DNA from: an uncultured virus (IMG/VR IMGVR_UViG_3300021335_000008)
Taxonomy: Duplodnaviria; Heunggongvirae; Uroviricota; Caudoviricetes; Demerecviridae
Direction: 5' to 3' (one strand)
DNA length: 30,786 bases
IMG/VR virus record: IMGVR_UViG_3300021335_000008
Shown here: positions 1 through 9,496 of the stretch, piece by piece
Numbering within the stretch: position 1 is the first letter of the stretch
Layout: each line of letters begins with the position of its first letter
Notes under the pieces: generated by a model
Databases searched by the model: none
What the model was told of the DNA's origin: nothing
The model's input: only the letters and a program-made list of their open reading frames with translations
Made by a program: the position numbers and the translations under genes

Positions 1-86
1 GGAAAGACTGTCCACTCCTGCAGAGTATCTTGTGCAATTGCTACTGGAGCAACTGCAAGTAGTGTTGTCAATAAAACTTTTTTCAT
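1..86 (-). CDS. 5' part of an exported protein (runs off the window edge)
   Basis: ATG at 86 overlaps the upstream TGA; reads MKKVLLTTLLAVAPVAIAQDTLQEWTVF, a classic Sec signal peptide. Confidence 0.65.
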   Translation of the reverse strand, partial: MKKVLLTTLLAVAPVAIAQDTLQEWTVF

Positions 87-379
87 CTTCTCATCCTTGC
101 GATGTCTTTCATATGTTGTTCATCAATGATTGGTACTGCATTTGATTTGTGCATTACTCCGATGCCTTTAACCAAGGATCCTGTATATCGCTTTGGTTCT
201 GGCCTAGCGGTAGATGCAGTTGTTGAGGTATTACTTCTGTATTCAGGTGTTTCTCGTCGATAAGGTTTTGGAGCGTTTGATTGAACTGCTCTGATAGTTG
301 GTCGAGCGCTTTTAGTACTGCTCTTTTTCTTTCTACGTCCTGAAGTTGTGTGTCTGATAGAACCATAAAACATTCCCAT
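83..379 (-). CDS. basic hypothetical phage protein
   Basis: ORF 83..439 trimmed to the ATG at 379 (MGMFYGS...), just downstream of the promoter at 411-439. Confidence 0.6.
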   Translation of the reverse strand: MGMFYGSIRHTTSGRRKKKSSTKSARPTIRAVQSNAPKPYRRETPEYRSNTSTTASTARPEPKRYTGSLVKGIGVMHKSNAVPIIDEQHMKDIARMRR

Positions 380-410
380 AAAATAAAAATCCCCGATGAT
401 TGAAGTACAT

Positions 411-439
411 ATTATACAGCAAACAGCGGGGATAGTCAA
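411..439 (-). promoter_or_regulatory. sigma70-type phage promoter
   Basis: TTGACT-17-TATAAT on the minus strand with an A/T tract upstream. Confidence 0.8.
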
Positions 440-451
440 GAACTTTTTTTA

Positions 452-1801
452 TCAGAGGTCGTCAATATCTTCATCAGTTTTGTGTGAACTAGCTTCTCGC
501 TCCTTAGGAGTAAGAGCAGTTTCGGGCCCCATCTTTAAAGACTCCCAATCCATTACTGAACTGAAAGACTTCATACTGGCGGCTCTCATCTTCACACAGT
601 TGAAGGTAATGCATTCATCCTCCTGATCCCAGGTCTCAAGAGCATAGGCCGCATCGGCCGCATCAAGAATGCCTTTTGCGAAGCGTGCTTCGCCGGTTGC
701 ATCGGTTTGGTAAGGAGAGAATACAGTGCATTCATACTCCTGTGCCATAGCCTTCAACGCTTTAGATACTTCAATCTGTTCCGTCCAATCGTACTGCCCT
801 CCTCGCGAGGGTAGGTTCGATCTTTTGACTTGGTTGATATAGTCTACAATGATGACACCGGCGTCCATTTTGCTGACTTTTTTATCCAGCTCAGCCCGTA
901 TCTTTGCGAGAGTGAGTCCGGGGTCATATACTACGTCCAGCTGTTGAGTCGGGAGAAGCTCATGCTGGGTAGTAAGAATCCTGTGAAACTCTTGAAAGTC
1001 TCGCTTTTCTCTGTATTCTTTCAACCGATCTTGGCCTTGCTGGAAGCGGCTCGCCCACCAGCCAGCCACTTTCTCCCACTCGGTCACACTTAGATTTTGT
1101 GTCCGAAGTCGAGAATATGGCACTCCAGTAGCGATAGAACAACACCGTTGCAGTATTGATCTACTATCCATCTCTATCGTGAAATAGATAGCTGAACGGC
1201 CAGATTGAAATACGTTGTTTGCAATATTCGCGCAAGTGAGTGACTTACCAGAACCTCGACGACCGCCGACCAACACCAAATCTCGGGGGGAGAACTTGAT
1301 TTCATGGTCGTACTCTGCGTTGAGACCAAGACCAATATACTTACTGATCTCTTCCTCTGGCTCGAACAACTCAATACGCTGCATACTTTCTTGAGGAACT
1401 TCAAGGTCAACCTTGTCCTCAATATCCAGAACAATCTGATGCAACTCCTGTACTGACTCTTCAGCAGACGAAAAGACTACTGAATTATCAATATAATTAT
1501 CAAGGGAGTTGAGGATTTCTTTCTGAGTGTATTCATTCTTTAGGTACTCAAGCAAAGCACCGGCATCAACATCTACATCGACCGCTTCGATAGCGAAGAC
1601 TTTATCCCGAGTAGGCGCATGACGAATACTTAACTTGAGGTCGTCGAACGAAGGGAACTCATGAAAGCTCTCGCAGTGCTTGTCAATTTGACCATAAAGC
1701 GTGTGATACTCTACGGGCAGATACTCTTTACGCAGATAACTCCACGTTTCAAAGTCAGCCGTAGCGATGCACTGCTTTATCAAAGCACTAGAAATATTCA
1801 A
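452..1801 (-). CDS. replicative DNA helicase, DnaB/SF4 family
   Basis: Walker A GRRGSGKS, YFTIEM, IIVDY and FSPYQ motifs; lies next to D5 as in T5. Confidence 0.9.
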   Translation of the reverse strand: MNISSALIKQCIATADFETWSYLRKEYLPVEYHTLYGQIDKHCESFHEFPSFDDLKLSIRHAPTRDKVFAIEAVDVDVDAGALLEYLKNEYTQKEILNSLDNYIDNSVVFSSAEESVQELHQIVLDIEDKVDLEVPQESMQRIELFEPEEEISKYIGLGLNAEYDHEIKFSPRDLVLVGGRRGSGKSLTCANIANNVFQSGRSAIYFTIEMDSRSILQRCCSIATGVPYSRLRTQNLSVTEWEKVAGWWASRFQQGQDRLKEYREKRDFQEFHRILTTQHELLPTQQLDVVYDPGLTLAKIRAELDKKVSKMDAGVIIVDYINQVKRSNLPSRGGQYDWTEQIEVSKALKAMAQEYECTVFSPYQTDATGEARFAKGILDAADAAYALETWDQEDECITFNCVKMRAASMKSFSSVMDWESLKMGPETALTPKEREASSHKTDEDIDDL

Positions 1802-1820
1802 TTAAGTTCCCCCGAACACG

Positions 1821-1844
1821 AAAAAGCTGGGCGCGAGACCCAGC
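1821..1844 (-). terminator. intrinsic terminator after D5
   Basis: GCTGGG-loop-CCCAGC followed by TTTTT on the minus strand. Confidence 0.65.
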
Positions 1845-1863
1845 CGCTTACACAAAAGTGTAA

Positions 1864-2583
1864 TTACTGAGACTTAGCTGCCTTGGCGGCACCATCATAG
1901 TCAGCAGCAGTTAGACCACGGCGAGTCAACATAGTTTTTACGCCGCGAGCTGTCTTGCCAATCGCTTCCGCGATAGCTTCAACAGTCATAGAAGCAACAT
2001 CAACGTCTGCCAAAGGATCTACGTTAGAAGAGCCCTTAGTGTTTTCCTGGCGAGGAATCGCCTGGATGTCGCCTGAACGAAGAAGGCTAAGAGCCTTACC
2101 ACGAACACTGTTTACAGAACGGTCAAGAGCTTCGGCGATTGCTTCAACAAAAGCACCGTCGTTCACCATAGAGATGAAAGTAGCTTCTTCAGCTTCTGTG
2201 TAAGTACGTACACTCTCTACCTTAGGAGCAGGAGCAACGTGACCAGTCAATTCCATAGACAAGATTTTGCCTTGGATAGACTTAGGTGAGAACTCACCGC
2301 CTTCGAAATGCTCAGCAATTTGAGCATATGTGTACTGACCAGAGTTGTCAGTAACGAAAGCGCGGAGAGTAGCTTCTTGAGTCTCGCTGAACGAACGTCC
2401 ACCGGCTGCAGAAGCGAGTTCTACGTCGTAACCCATCTTTCGCAGTTTGCTAGAGATAGAACGAGTAGAGGTTTCAAGCTGGTCTGCTGCTTCTGCAACA
2501 GTTGCTTGAGAGACGGGGCTTTCGCCACCGACAAAGTTTGTAAGCGCTTCAGTGCGCTCATCTGTCCACTTAGGAAGTGCCAT
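1864..2583 (-). CDS. D5: T5 D5-like DNA-binding protein
   Basis: Segments SKLRKMG, GQYTYAQIA, IQGKILSME, RGKALSLLR and RGVKTMLTRRGL..DYDGAAK recalled from T5 D5; synteny. Confidence 0.9.
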   Translation of the reverse strand: MALPKWTDERTEALTNFVGGESPVSQATVAEAADQLETSTRSISSKLRKMGYDVELASAAGGRSFSETQEATLRAFVTDNSGQYTYAQIAEHFEGGEFSPKSIQGKILSMELTGHVAPAPKVESVRTYTEAEEATFISMVNDGAFVEAIAEALDRSVNSVRGKALSLLRSGDIQAIPRQENTKGSSNVDPLADVDVASMTVEAIAEAIGKTARGVKTMLTRRGLTAADYDGAAKAAKSQ

Positions 2584-2584
2584 A

Positions 2585-3343
2585 TTAATTCTCCAAAAAA
2601 GATTTGAGATCGGTAACTATAGTTACGCCAGTATCTCTGGCTTGTCTAGTTTTTGCGGATTCATTTCCGCCCTCGTTAATGAGGTGTGTGACTTGCTTGG
2701 TTAAACTGGATTTTACATCATATCCAGCTGCGTTCAAGGCTGTAGTAGCTTCGGCTTTAGACTTGAAACTCTTCAATCTACCACTAATACATACAATACC
2801 TTTACTCGCAACAGGCAGGGAGGGCGTATCAGAAAAGTACCAACATGAAGGAAGGTGCTCTTGAAAATACGGCAACTCGTTGTCTATCCATTCAAGCAAG
2901 TTAGCTGTAGCCTTTGGGCCTAAACCGGCACGCTCACAAGTGTCTGCGTTAATTTGAGAAATATGATTAATAGTCTCAGACAGCTTCCGTGTTGCCGTGT
3001 TTCCAATCAAGGGTATGCCAAAGGCAGGCAAAAGGCGCTCAAGCGGAGCATCGAACGAATTCAATATCTCCGACATGAGCTTTGTTGTCACTTTTTCAGA
3101 ACCCAACGATGCTAAGATACTCTCCTCCGTAGAGGTGTAAATTTCGGACGGGCACGTCCAACCAAGTCTACGAATAGATGCAGGGCCGAGACCCTTGATC
3201 TTCATAGTCTTGGCAAAATGTTCCACGACCTTATACTGTTGCTCACCACAAGTGGCAGAGCGGCAGTAAAGTAAATCATTCTCCCATACCAAGGTACTGT
3301 CACAAGAAGGACAATTGGTAGGGGGTAAGATTTCGTGAAACAT
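2585..3343 (-). CDS. ligB: NAD-dependent DNA ligase subunit B (Zn finger, HhH, BRCT)
   Basis: PTNCPSC zinc finger, IKGLG and GIPLIG HhH motifs, C-terminal BRCT (CISG...VTHLI). Confidence 0.9.
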   Translation of the reverse strand: MFHEILPPTNCPSCDSTLVWENDLLYCRSATCGEQQYKVVEHFAKTMKIKGLGPASIRRLGWTCPSEIYTSTEESILASLGSEKVTTKLMSEILNSFDAPLERLLPAFGIPLIGNTATRKLSETINHISQINADTCERAGLGPKATANLLEWIDNELPYFQEHLPSCWYFSDTPSLPVASKGIVCISGRLKSFKSKAEATTALNAAGYDVKSSLTKQVTHLINEGGNESAKTRQARDTGVTIVTDLKSFLEN

Positions 3344-3369
3344 GGACTACTCCGAATTAGTGAAAAGAT

Positions 3370-3399
3370 ATTATACGACAGATTTGACCTGAATGTCAA
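3370..3399 (-). promoter_or_regulatory. sigma70-type promoter between ligA and ligB
   Basis: TTGACA-18-TATAAT; the -35 overlaps the ligA stop codon. Confidence 0.7.
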
Positions 3400-4340
3400 G
3401 AACTATTTTTCTCGATGTCCACTCGTCTCACGATTCGTGGAATGATCTCACCGCTACGTATAACTTCAACTTGGCAACCTATTTCTAGGCCAAGAGAGCG
3501 AATGTACTCAATGTTGTGTAGAGTTGCGCGGCTCACTAGCGCATCTCCCACTTCGACTGGGCGTAAGATAGCAACCGGGCTCACAACCCCTGATTTGCCT
3601 ACCTGCCACACAACATCGAGTAATTCTGTAATAACCCCATCCTTCTGCTCTTTAAGAGCGAAAGCCCCTCGGGGGTGATGAGCTGTATATCCCAGTTTGT
3701 AAAAGGCTTCATAGTTATCTACTCTAAACACCTCGCCATCTGTTGGGAAAGCGGATGCATCGAAGTGAGTGATAACCTCAAAGCCATTCCTGGCCAAATG
3801 GTTCATTGCATCAGAAAGACGCTCATACTTAGCTCCTTGAATATCGTATGCGACAAACTTGAGAGTCTGTGCGCGAGAACGAAACTCGTTATGGTCTTTC
3901 AGATTGAGCGACCCCGCTGCAAAGTTGCGAGCATTTGGGATCATATCGGGCGCTACGACCTCACCGGTAATCTGGATTTCTCCTTTGATACCGATGACAT
4001 TTGGCACTAGCTCTTCCATCTTCAACGTGATATCACGACCAATCTGGCCGTCTCCCCTAGTTAAAGCCTGTGCTAGATGGCCGTTGACATATTGCAACGA
4101 CACTGCCGCCCCATCCAGTTTCGGTGTACGCACCATAGGTGACGTACCGGACTCTATGTCATTTAGATTAAAAACCTTCTGTAGAGAGTACATACGATAC
4201 ATATGAGGAATGCCATCAGTTACCTGATAACCGACCTCTTCGTATCTGTACTTTCGTGCCAGTGCATCAAACTCTTCATCCGAAAGAATCGGATTACCGT
4301 TGTAATACATTGCCGAAGCCTTTTCCAAAAAATGATGCAT
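3396..4340 (-). CDS. ligA: NAD-dependent DNA ligase subunit A (adenylation and OB domains)
   Basis: YY..P..SDEEFD, KLDG active site, TRGDG, RNFAAGSL, ATLHN and RSGEIIPRI motifs. Confidence 0.95.
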   Translation of the reverse strand: MHHFLEKASAMYYNGNPILSDEEFDALARKYRYEEVGYQVTDGIPHMYRMYSLQKVFNLNDIESGTSPMVRTPKLDGAAVSLQYVNGHLAQALTRGDGQIGRDITLKMEELVPNVIGIKGEIQITGEVVAPDMIPNARNFAAGSLNLKDHNEFRSRAQTLKFVAYDIQGAKYERLSDAMNHLARNGFEVITHFDASAFPTDGEVFRVDNYEAFYKLGYTAHHPRGAFALKEQKDGVITELLDVVWQVGKSGVVSPVAILRPVEVGDALVSRATLHNIEYIRSLGLEIGCQVEVIRSGEIIPRIVRRVDIEKNSS

Positions 4341-4365
4341 ATAGTTCCCTCACTGAATAAAGTAT

Positions 4366-4394
4366 ATTATACAGAAAGAAGGAACAAAAGTCAA
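4366..4394 (-). promoter_or_regulatory. sigma70-type promoter
   Basis: TTGACT-17-TATAAT. Confidence 0.8.
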
Positions 4395-4397
4395 GAA

Positions 4398-4700
4398 CTA
4401 TTTATCGTATAAGTCCTTGATAAGTTCACCAAAGTGTTCTTCAATGATTTCCTTACTTTCTGCAAGTGATAAGATTTCTACTAGCCCGACGAAAAGATTT
4501 CGTGAGTTATCAAAGTCCAAAGGCATTGATATACCATCCTTAGTTGGCTTCCACTCTTCTTCGAAATCTAAGTAATACTTACGCACACTCAAATACTCGA
4601 TACCTCTAAAGGTTGAGATGGTAAGCCGGACTTGTGTCTCCTTTACCTCATCGTAATGAATAATCTTCTCATATAACTCAGGCGCTTGGTATAGTTCCAT
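4398..4700 (-). CDS. PC4/p15-like ssDNA-binding protein
   Basis: VRLTISTFRG.EYLSVRKYY...WKPTKDGISM PC4 pattern; GGAG SD before the ATG at 4700; T5 synteny. Confidence 0.8.
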   Translation of the reverse strand: MELYQAPELYEKIIHYDEVKETQVRLTISTFRGIEYLSVRKYYLDFEEEWKPTKDGISMPLDFDNSRNLFVGLVEILSLAESKEIIEEHFGELIKDLYDK

Positions 4701-4701
4701 C

Positions 4702-4968
4702 TTAATCTCCGTTCTTGAGAACAGAGGCAAGAGGTACTACACTCGTGACGTTCTGAGGTTTGAGTAGACGAAAGGAGTCGGTGTCCCAACAAAAAAGCAA
4801 AAGAGTCTGTTCAGATTCCTTCGCTCTGTTTTTCTTTTGTTGAATGTAAGGCGTGCTAAAATCCAACGTACACACATTGTATTTCAACTTATTACTGTTT
4901 TCACTACGATAAGTGATTACAGCATCACCGTACTCATCGACGAGCCGTGCTAGTTCTTCTTTTTTCAC
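4702..4968 (-). CDS. conserved T5-like hypothetical protein
   Basis: GTG start with AGGAG SD; YNVCTLDF and FCWDTDSFR segments; position between D3 and the PC4-like gene as in T5. Confidence 0.7.
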   Translation of the reverse strand: MKKEELARLVDEYGDAVITYRSENSNKLKYNVCTLDFSTPYIQQKKNRAKESEQTLLLFCWDTDSFRLLKPQNVTSVVPLASVLKNGD

Positions 4969-5069
4969 AGGTGCTCCTAATGAAGCGGGTTGGCAGAATT
5001 TTCTTCCGTGCCGACTTGCTTAGGATGTGAAGAAGAGGGACTTACACCTACGGACGCCCTCAAAAAGAA

Positions 5070-5426
5070 TTAGCTGTTTACTGCTGCGATAACTCCAGCA
5101 AAGTACATTGCTGCTTTACCTGTCAACTTGCTGACGATTTCTTCATCAACATCTTGACCTGCATCAGTGAGTGCTGCTGTAAGTGCTTCGATAGCGGCTG
5201 CTTTAGATACACGGCCACCGCCTGTGCTACCGCTTGAAGCTGCCTTGGTTGCTGGTGCTTTCTTAACATATACACCTGCTTTAGTCAGAACCATTCGAAC
5301 ACCGTTTGGTGATTCTTCGAACTCGTCTGCAATCTCTGCGACGATCTCCATGCTGTTTTCTGGAGTAGGGTTTTGCGCTTCATATGCAGCAATAACCTCT
5401 GCTTTTTTCTCGTCTGTCCACGCCAT
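5070..5426 (-). CDS. D3: T5 D3-like DNA-binding protein
   Basis: SMEIVAEIA, SPNGVRMVLTKAGVYVKK and KLTGKAA recalled from T5 D3; start at MAWTDE (5426), with an in-frame extension to 5513 possible. Confidence 0.85.
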   Translation of the reverse strand: MAWTDEKKAEVIAAYEAQNPTPENSMEIVAEIADEFEESPNGVRMVLTKAGVYVKKAPATKAASSGSTGGGRVSKAAAIEALTAALTDAGQDVDEEIVSKLTGKAAMYFAGVIAAVNS

Positions 5427-5502
5427 TTTACGTTTCCTTCTGTTAGTTGTTAAGGGTGCTCCTGGACAAGTGCCAGTAGCTTGTATTTGTGCTTGATAAA
5501 AT

Positions 5503-5997
5503 CTATCGCCCATCTCGAGCGTCCCACTTTAGTTTGTCACCATCAGTTTCAAACTTAATCATTCTCATTGGGTCATCCTCAATAAAATGAATACTTTTAA
5601 ATGCAATTTCTAGCATTTGAAAATATACTTGTATTGCTTTGTCTCGAAACTCTTTGTCGCTCCATAAGTGAAAACAATTCCAGTACTCTTTATCAAATCT
5701 ACAAACGCGTACTTGCTGTTGAAGAATAGGATGCATACCTGCAAACTTTTCACATATATCCACACAAGCACGCAATCGTTGACTACCACATATAGGATAC
5801 CAATTAGGCATTACAAGTACAGGAGCTTCGATACCATTTTTTAGTAAGTCTTTTACTAGCTCTTCTTGAACAGGAATATTATGAAAGTTTTCTGCAAAAG
5901 TTTGTTGCTCAATCAACCAGCCTACTGATTTTGTATACCAAGTAGTTGGTGGAAAAGCAATAAGTTCTGCGGTTTCTTTTTTGATTCTATTCGTCAT
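5503..5997 (-). CDS. putative ParB/Srx N-terminal-domain protein
   Basis: ELVKDLLKNGIEAPVLV....PICGSQRLRA resembles ParB boxes I/II. Confidence 0.5.
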   Translation of the reverse strand: MTNRIKKETAELIAFPPTTWYTKSVGWLIEQQTFAENFHNIPVQEELVKDLLKNGIEAPVLVMPNWYPICGSQRLRACVDICEKFAGMHPILQQQVRVCRFDKEYWNCFHLWSDKEFRDKAIQVYFQMLEIAFKSIHFIEDDPMRMIKFETDGDKLKWDARDGR

Positions 5998-6007
5998 TTA
6001 AGATACT

Positions 6008-6036
6008 ATTATAGTTGATATAGCAAAAGAAGTCAA
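6008..6036 (-). promoter_or_regulatory. sigma70-type promoter
   Basis: TTGACT-17-TATAAT. Confidence 0.8.
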
Positions 6037-6045
6037 GAAGTATTT

Positions 6046-6741
6046 TTAGATACGTGATAAGTCAACTCCGTACTTTTCGAGGTGGGATAGCTTCCCAAGA
6101 TCATACGCGAGAGAGTAAGCAGAGTAGCCACCTGTTTCCACGTTAGCCCATTTTTCTGTATCGTCTCTAATCTCTTCCATAACATATATCGCATAGCATT
6201 TACTTCCATACTTGCTTTCATAGTTAACGTCTATGAATCCTTCTCGCTCAGCTTGGTAATCGACGGAGAGTTCGTAGTCGACTCGGGCTGGCTTTTGGTA
6301 GACTGCTGACCAGACGATTTCTCCGGGCGAGAACGAGTCAGCAATGCAAGACTCAGGGAGTACAGCGACTCCGCTTTCTCTCTCAACCTTTGGGACTCCG
6401 ACTCGCTCAATGAGAGATCTAACGAATCCACTCGATCTAAATAATCCTGACGCGATCTCAGAGATGGAGTCTCCGGAAAGGTATCGTTCAACTGCTTCAC
6501 GAATTTCTTCATTTGATGCTCCTCGTCCTCGATTCTGTTTTTTACGTAATTCGCGATACTCGATTTTATCTTGGTAATCATCTATGATTCTCTGTAGGCG
6601 CGTAGTATTGTATGCTATATTCAGCATATCGCACGCAACCTTCTTGGAAATAGGTTGGTTTCCAGTCAACAAATCTATAACTTTCGATATATTGCTTTCG
6701 CTCAGGTTCTCGTGGTCTTTCCGTTTGATCTTGCGTACCAA
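6046..6741 (-). CDS. D2: T5 D2-like protein
   Basis: KKVACDML, YLSGDSISEIA, GEIVW and HLEKYGVD recalled from T5 D2; TTG start with GGAG SD. Confidence 0.85.
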   Translation of the reverse strand: MVRKIKRKDHENLSESNISKVIDLLTGNQPISKKVACDMLNIAYNTTRLQRIIDDYQDKIEYRELRKKQNRGRGASNEEIREAVERYLSGDSISEIASGLFRSSGFVRSLIERVGVPKVERESGVAVLPESCIADSFSPGEIVWSAVYQKPARVDYELSVDYQAEREGFIDVNYESKYGSKCYAIYVMEEIRDDTEKWANVETGGYSAYSLAYDLGKLSHLEKYGVDLSRI

Positions 6742-6791
6742 AGATTTTCTCCCAATTCTCGTAAAATTTTCGTGTGTTTTCTACTCGCGAT

Positions 6792-7094
6792 CTACTGCCC
6801 TTGCTCACGTGGATCATCCCCTATCATCATCCGTAGATACCAAATGGCTTTTTCTACGTCTTGCTTTTTATTCTGCTTGTTCTTGCAGCGCCAGATGTAT
6901 TTGAACGCATTGAGATGGCAATACTCCTCAAACCCTTCGTCTGAAGTGATTTGTCTCATTGCGTCGATGCACTCGACCCCGTCGCGATTATAATGTGCAG
7001 GACTATTCACTGGATCATGTACCAGTGTAGGGCTTCTGTAGCTAATCCCTTTTCCGTCTTTTGCTTCTGTCCAGCCTTCTGATAAATTACTCAA
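6792..7094 (-). CDS. DUF3310 (T7 gp1.7-like) protein
   Basis: [15 protein letters not shown]...NAFKYIWR..K....DVEKAIWYL signature. Confidence 0.85.
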   Translation of the reverse strand: MSNLSEGWTEAKDGKGISYRSPTLVHDPVNSPAHYNRDGVECIDAMRQITSDEGFEEYCHLNAFKYIWRCKNKQNKKQDVEKAIWYLRMMIGDDPREQGQ

Positions 7095-8293
7095 AACTGT
7101 TCTGCCTCCGTAGAATCTGCCATAGCCGCCGTACTACTGCCGAGGGCTGTTGTGATTGCGTCAAAGTATCCAACACCTACTTCCTGCTGGTGTCGAGTTG
7201 ATGTGTACCCAAACTGTTCTGCTGCAAACTCTGCTTCCTGTAGCTGAGAGTATGCAAACATTCCGCGATCCTTGTACTGACGTGCAAAGTTAAATACGCC
7301 ATAGTTTGTACTATGAAACCCTGCAAGTGTAATGAACTGAAACTTAAATCCCATCTTTCCGAGTTCGTACTGAAAGTCTTGTAGCTCCTGATCTCCAGGA
7401 ATAGACTTTCTCCAGTTAAAAGAAGGAGAGCAGTTGTATGCTAACATTGCGTCAGGACAAGATCCTTTTACCGCGTCAGCAAACCGTCGAGCCTCTTTGA
7501 GGCAAGGCTTGCTTGTTTCGCACCACACGAGATCTGCGTATTCTGCGTATGCAGCCCCACGTTCACATCCCATTTCAAGTCCGCCTTCGATCTGCCAAAA
7601 TCCGTCAGCAGTACGATCTCCGGACATCCACTTGTAGTCTGCGTGGTCGTAGTCGCTAGAGAGGAGTCTGGCTGACTCGGCATCAGTCCGAGCGACGACC
7701 AGAGTATCAACCCCAGCAACGTCAGCAGCAAGACGAGCGGCGTTAAGATTGCGGATAGCGTCACTAAGAGGTATAAGGACTTTTCCTCCAAGGTGACCGC
7801 ATTTTTTGGCGGACGCAAGCTGGTCTTCAAAATGGACCCCAGCTGCCCCAGCTTCGATGAGGTTTCTAGCCAATTCATAACTGTTTAGTACTCCTCCAAA
7901 TCCTGCTTCTGCGTCTGCAATAATGGGTGCAAACTCAAAGCCAGTACCACTTTCTGCATACTGGATTTGGTCAGCACGGCGGAAAGCGTTATTAATGTTA
8001 CGCACAACATTGGGTACAGAATCCACACTATAAAGAGACTGGTCAGGGTATACCTCATTATTTGAGTTAGCTGCTGCAGCCACTTGCCAGCCTGAACAAT
8101 AAATTGCTTTAAGACCTGCTTTGACGTGCTGTACAGCCTGCTGACCATTGTACGCTCCAAATGTGTGAATGTAAGGGTTTTCTGCAAGAAGCATACGCAT
8201 TTTGTTTGCCATTCTTCTTGCAAGTGTATGTTCAATGTCCATTGAGCCTTGAAGTTTTCTTACATCTTCACGGGTATAATTTCGTTTTTTCAC
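7091..8293 (-). CDS. aceA: isocitrate lyase
   Basis: [21 protein letters not shown], catalytic [29 protein letters not shown] and HQQEVG motifs. Confidence 0.97.
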   Translation of the reverse strand: MKKRNYTREDVRKLQGSMDIEHTLARRMANKMRMLLAENPYIHTFGAYNGQQAVQHVKAGLKAIYCSGWQVAAAANSNNEVYPDQSLYSVDSVPNVVRNINNAFRRADQIQYAESGTGFEFAPIIADAEAGFGGVLNSYELARNLIEAGAAGVHFEDQLASAKKCGHLGGKVLIPLSDAIRNLNAARLAADVAGVDTLVVARTDAESARLLSSDYDHADYKWMSGDRTADGFWQIEGGLEMGCERGAAYAEYADLVWCETSKPCLKEARRFADAVKGSCPDAMLAYNCSPSFNWRKSIPGDQELQDFQYELGKMGFKFQFITLAGFHSTNYGVFNFARQYKDRGMFAYSQLQEAEFAAEQFGYTSTRHQQEVGVGYFDAITTALGSSTAAMADSTEAEQF

Positions 8294-8889
8294 TTTGCTG
8301 TGATCCTCTGTTCGTAGTCAGCAAGAGACTCATCCCACCAAGGGGGAGTTGGTCGATGAGACCAACTGGCGAAAGTAGCCTTGTCAAGATGATAATAGTC
8401 ACGGTAAGACTGTATTGGATCATCGTAGTTTTTGAGTATCTCAGGCATCGCAAGTCCAAACGTGGTGAACCCCACTCGTTCAATATTGATTGGGTCAGGT
8501 AATTTGTTGATGACCTGCCAGAATGACTTGTGTTCTTTGCCGTAGCGATACCGAAATTCCTCTGCGAGTGCATGAGCATAGCACCATGTCCACTCGTAAT
8601 TGTCTAGTGATGATCGAGTCCATATCGTGCAGGGATGATTGTACATCATGCCGAGATAAGGTGTTAAGTTACGCTCTTCTGGTTTCAGAGGCTTCTCAAC
8701 TTTTTTGTACTCATTGAGAACCGCAGCTTCGTCTTTTTCAAGAGCTCTGGGTACGAAACCTAGCAAGCGATCTACCCAAATGGCAGTACACAAAAGCTGT
8801 GCGGCTTCGAGTATCATTTTATTGACGTGCTTGTCTACATGGTACTCGGCACACTTGTCTAGGTTTTTGTCAAGGTAAAATAAATTCAT
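8290..8889 (-). CDS. pyrimidine-dimer DNA glycosylase / DenV-like protein
   Basis: MNLFYLD...[20 protein letters not shown] and YRDYY..K family motifs. Confidence 0.75.
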   Translation of the reverse strand: MNLFYLDKNLDKCAEYHVDKHVNKMILEAAQLLCTAIWVDRLLGFVPRALEKDEAAVLNEYKKVEKPLKPEERNLTPYLGMMYNHPCTIWTRSSLDNYEWTWCYAHALAEEFRYRYGKEHKSFWQVINKLPDPINIERVGFTTFGLAMPEILKNYDDPIQSYRDYYHLDKATFASWSHRPTPPWWDESLADYEQRITAK

Positions 8890-8895
8890 GAAAGT

Positions 8896-8924
8896 ATTAT
8901 ACTCGCTATGAGATTAAATGTCAA
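8896..8924 (-). promoter_or_regulatory. sigma70 promoter, probably giving a leaderless mRNA
   Basis: TTGACA-17-TATAAT, ATG only 6 nt downstream. Confidence 0.8.
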
Positions 8925-9496
8925 GAATTTTCTCGTAGCTTGTTGAGTATAAATGCCGGAGCCGTAAACATATAAGGATCTTTGTCGTGATTATCCTCGC
9001 GGCCTTCTTCGATGAACCAGTCAACAATGTGTCCATTGTCAACAACTGCTGCATATCTCCAAGATCGTCGACCAAACCCCAGATTGTCTTTGTCCACGAT
9101 CATTTGCATTTCTTCTGTAAATTTACCACTACCGTCAGGAATTACTTGTACGTGCTCGAGGTTTTGGTCGTGTGCCCAAGCATTACATACAAACGCATCG
9201 TTTACTGTAATACAGTAGATTGCGTCGATTCCTAACTCAAAAAACTCTGGTGCAAGTTTTTCAAAGTCAGGTAGCTGGTAGGTGGAACAGGTTGGCGTGA
9301 AAGCGCCTGGCAGGGAGAAGATAAGTACTCGCTCTCCTGCAAAAAGATCCCATGTAGTTACGGGCAACCACTCAAAAGTTCCTTCATTGAGAACTCGAGT
9401 GTGAAACGTAGTTGAGGGAATCATGTCTGGTAGTGAACGCCAGTAGCCTTTTTCTTCGTACTGATCGCGTTCGTGTTCTGTGCAATAAATAGCCAT
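8921..9496 (-). CDS. peroxiredoxin (Prx5/redoxin family)
   Basis: PGAFTPTCS peroxidatic motif, VNDAFV, GFGRRSWRY. Confidence 0.95.
   Translation of the reverse strand: MAIYCTEHERDQYEEKGYWRSLPDMIPSTTFHTRVLNEGTFEWLPVTTWDLFAGERVLIFSLPGAFTPTCSTYQLPDFEKLAPEFFELGIDAIYCITVNDAFVCNAWAHDQNLEHVQVIPDGSGKFTEEMQMIVDKDNLGFGRRSWRYAAVVDNGHIVDWFIEEGREDNHDKDPYMFTAPAFILNKLRENS

Noticed and set aside
2585..4340. Split ligase as a pseudogene or novelty
   Set aside because: A two-gene NAD-dependent ligase is the normal T5-family arrangement
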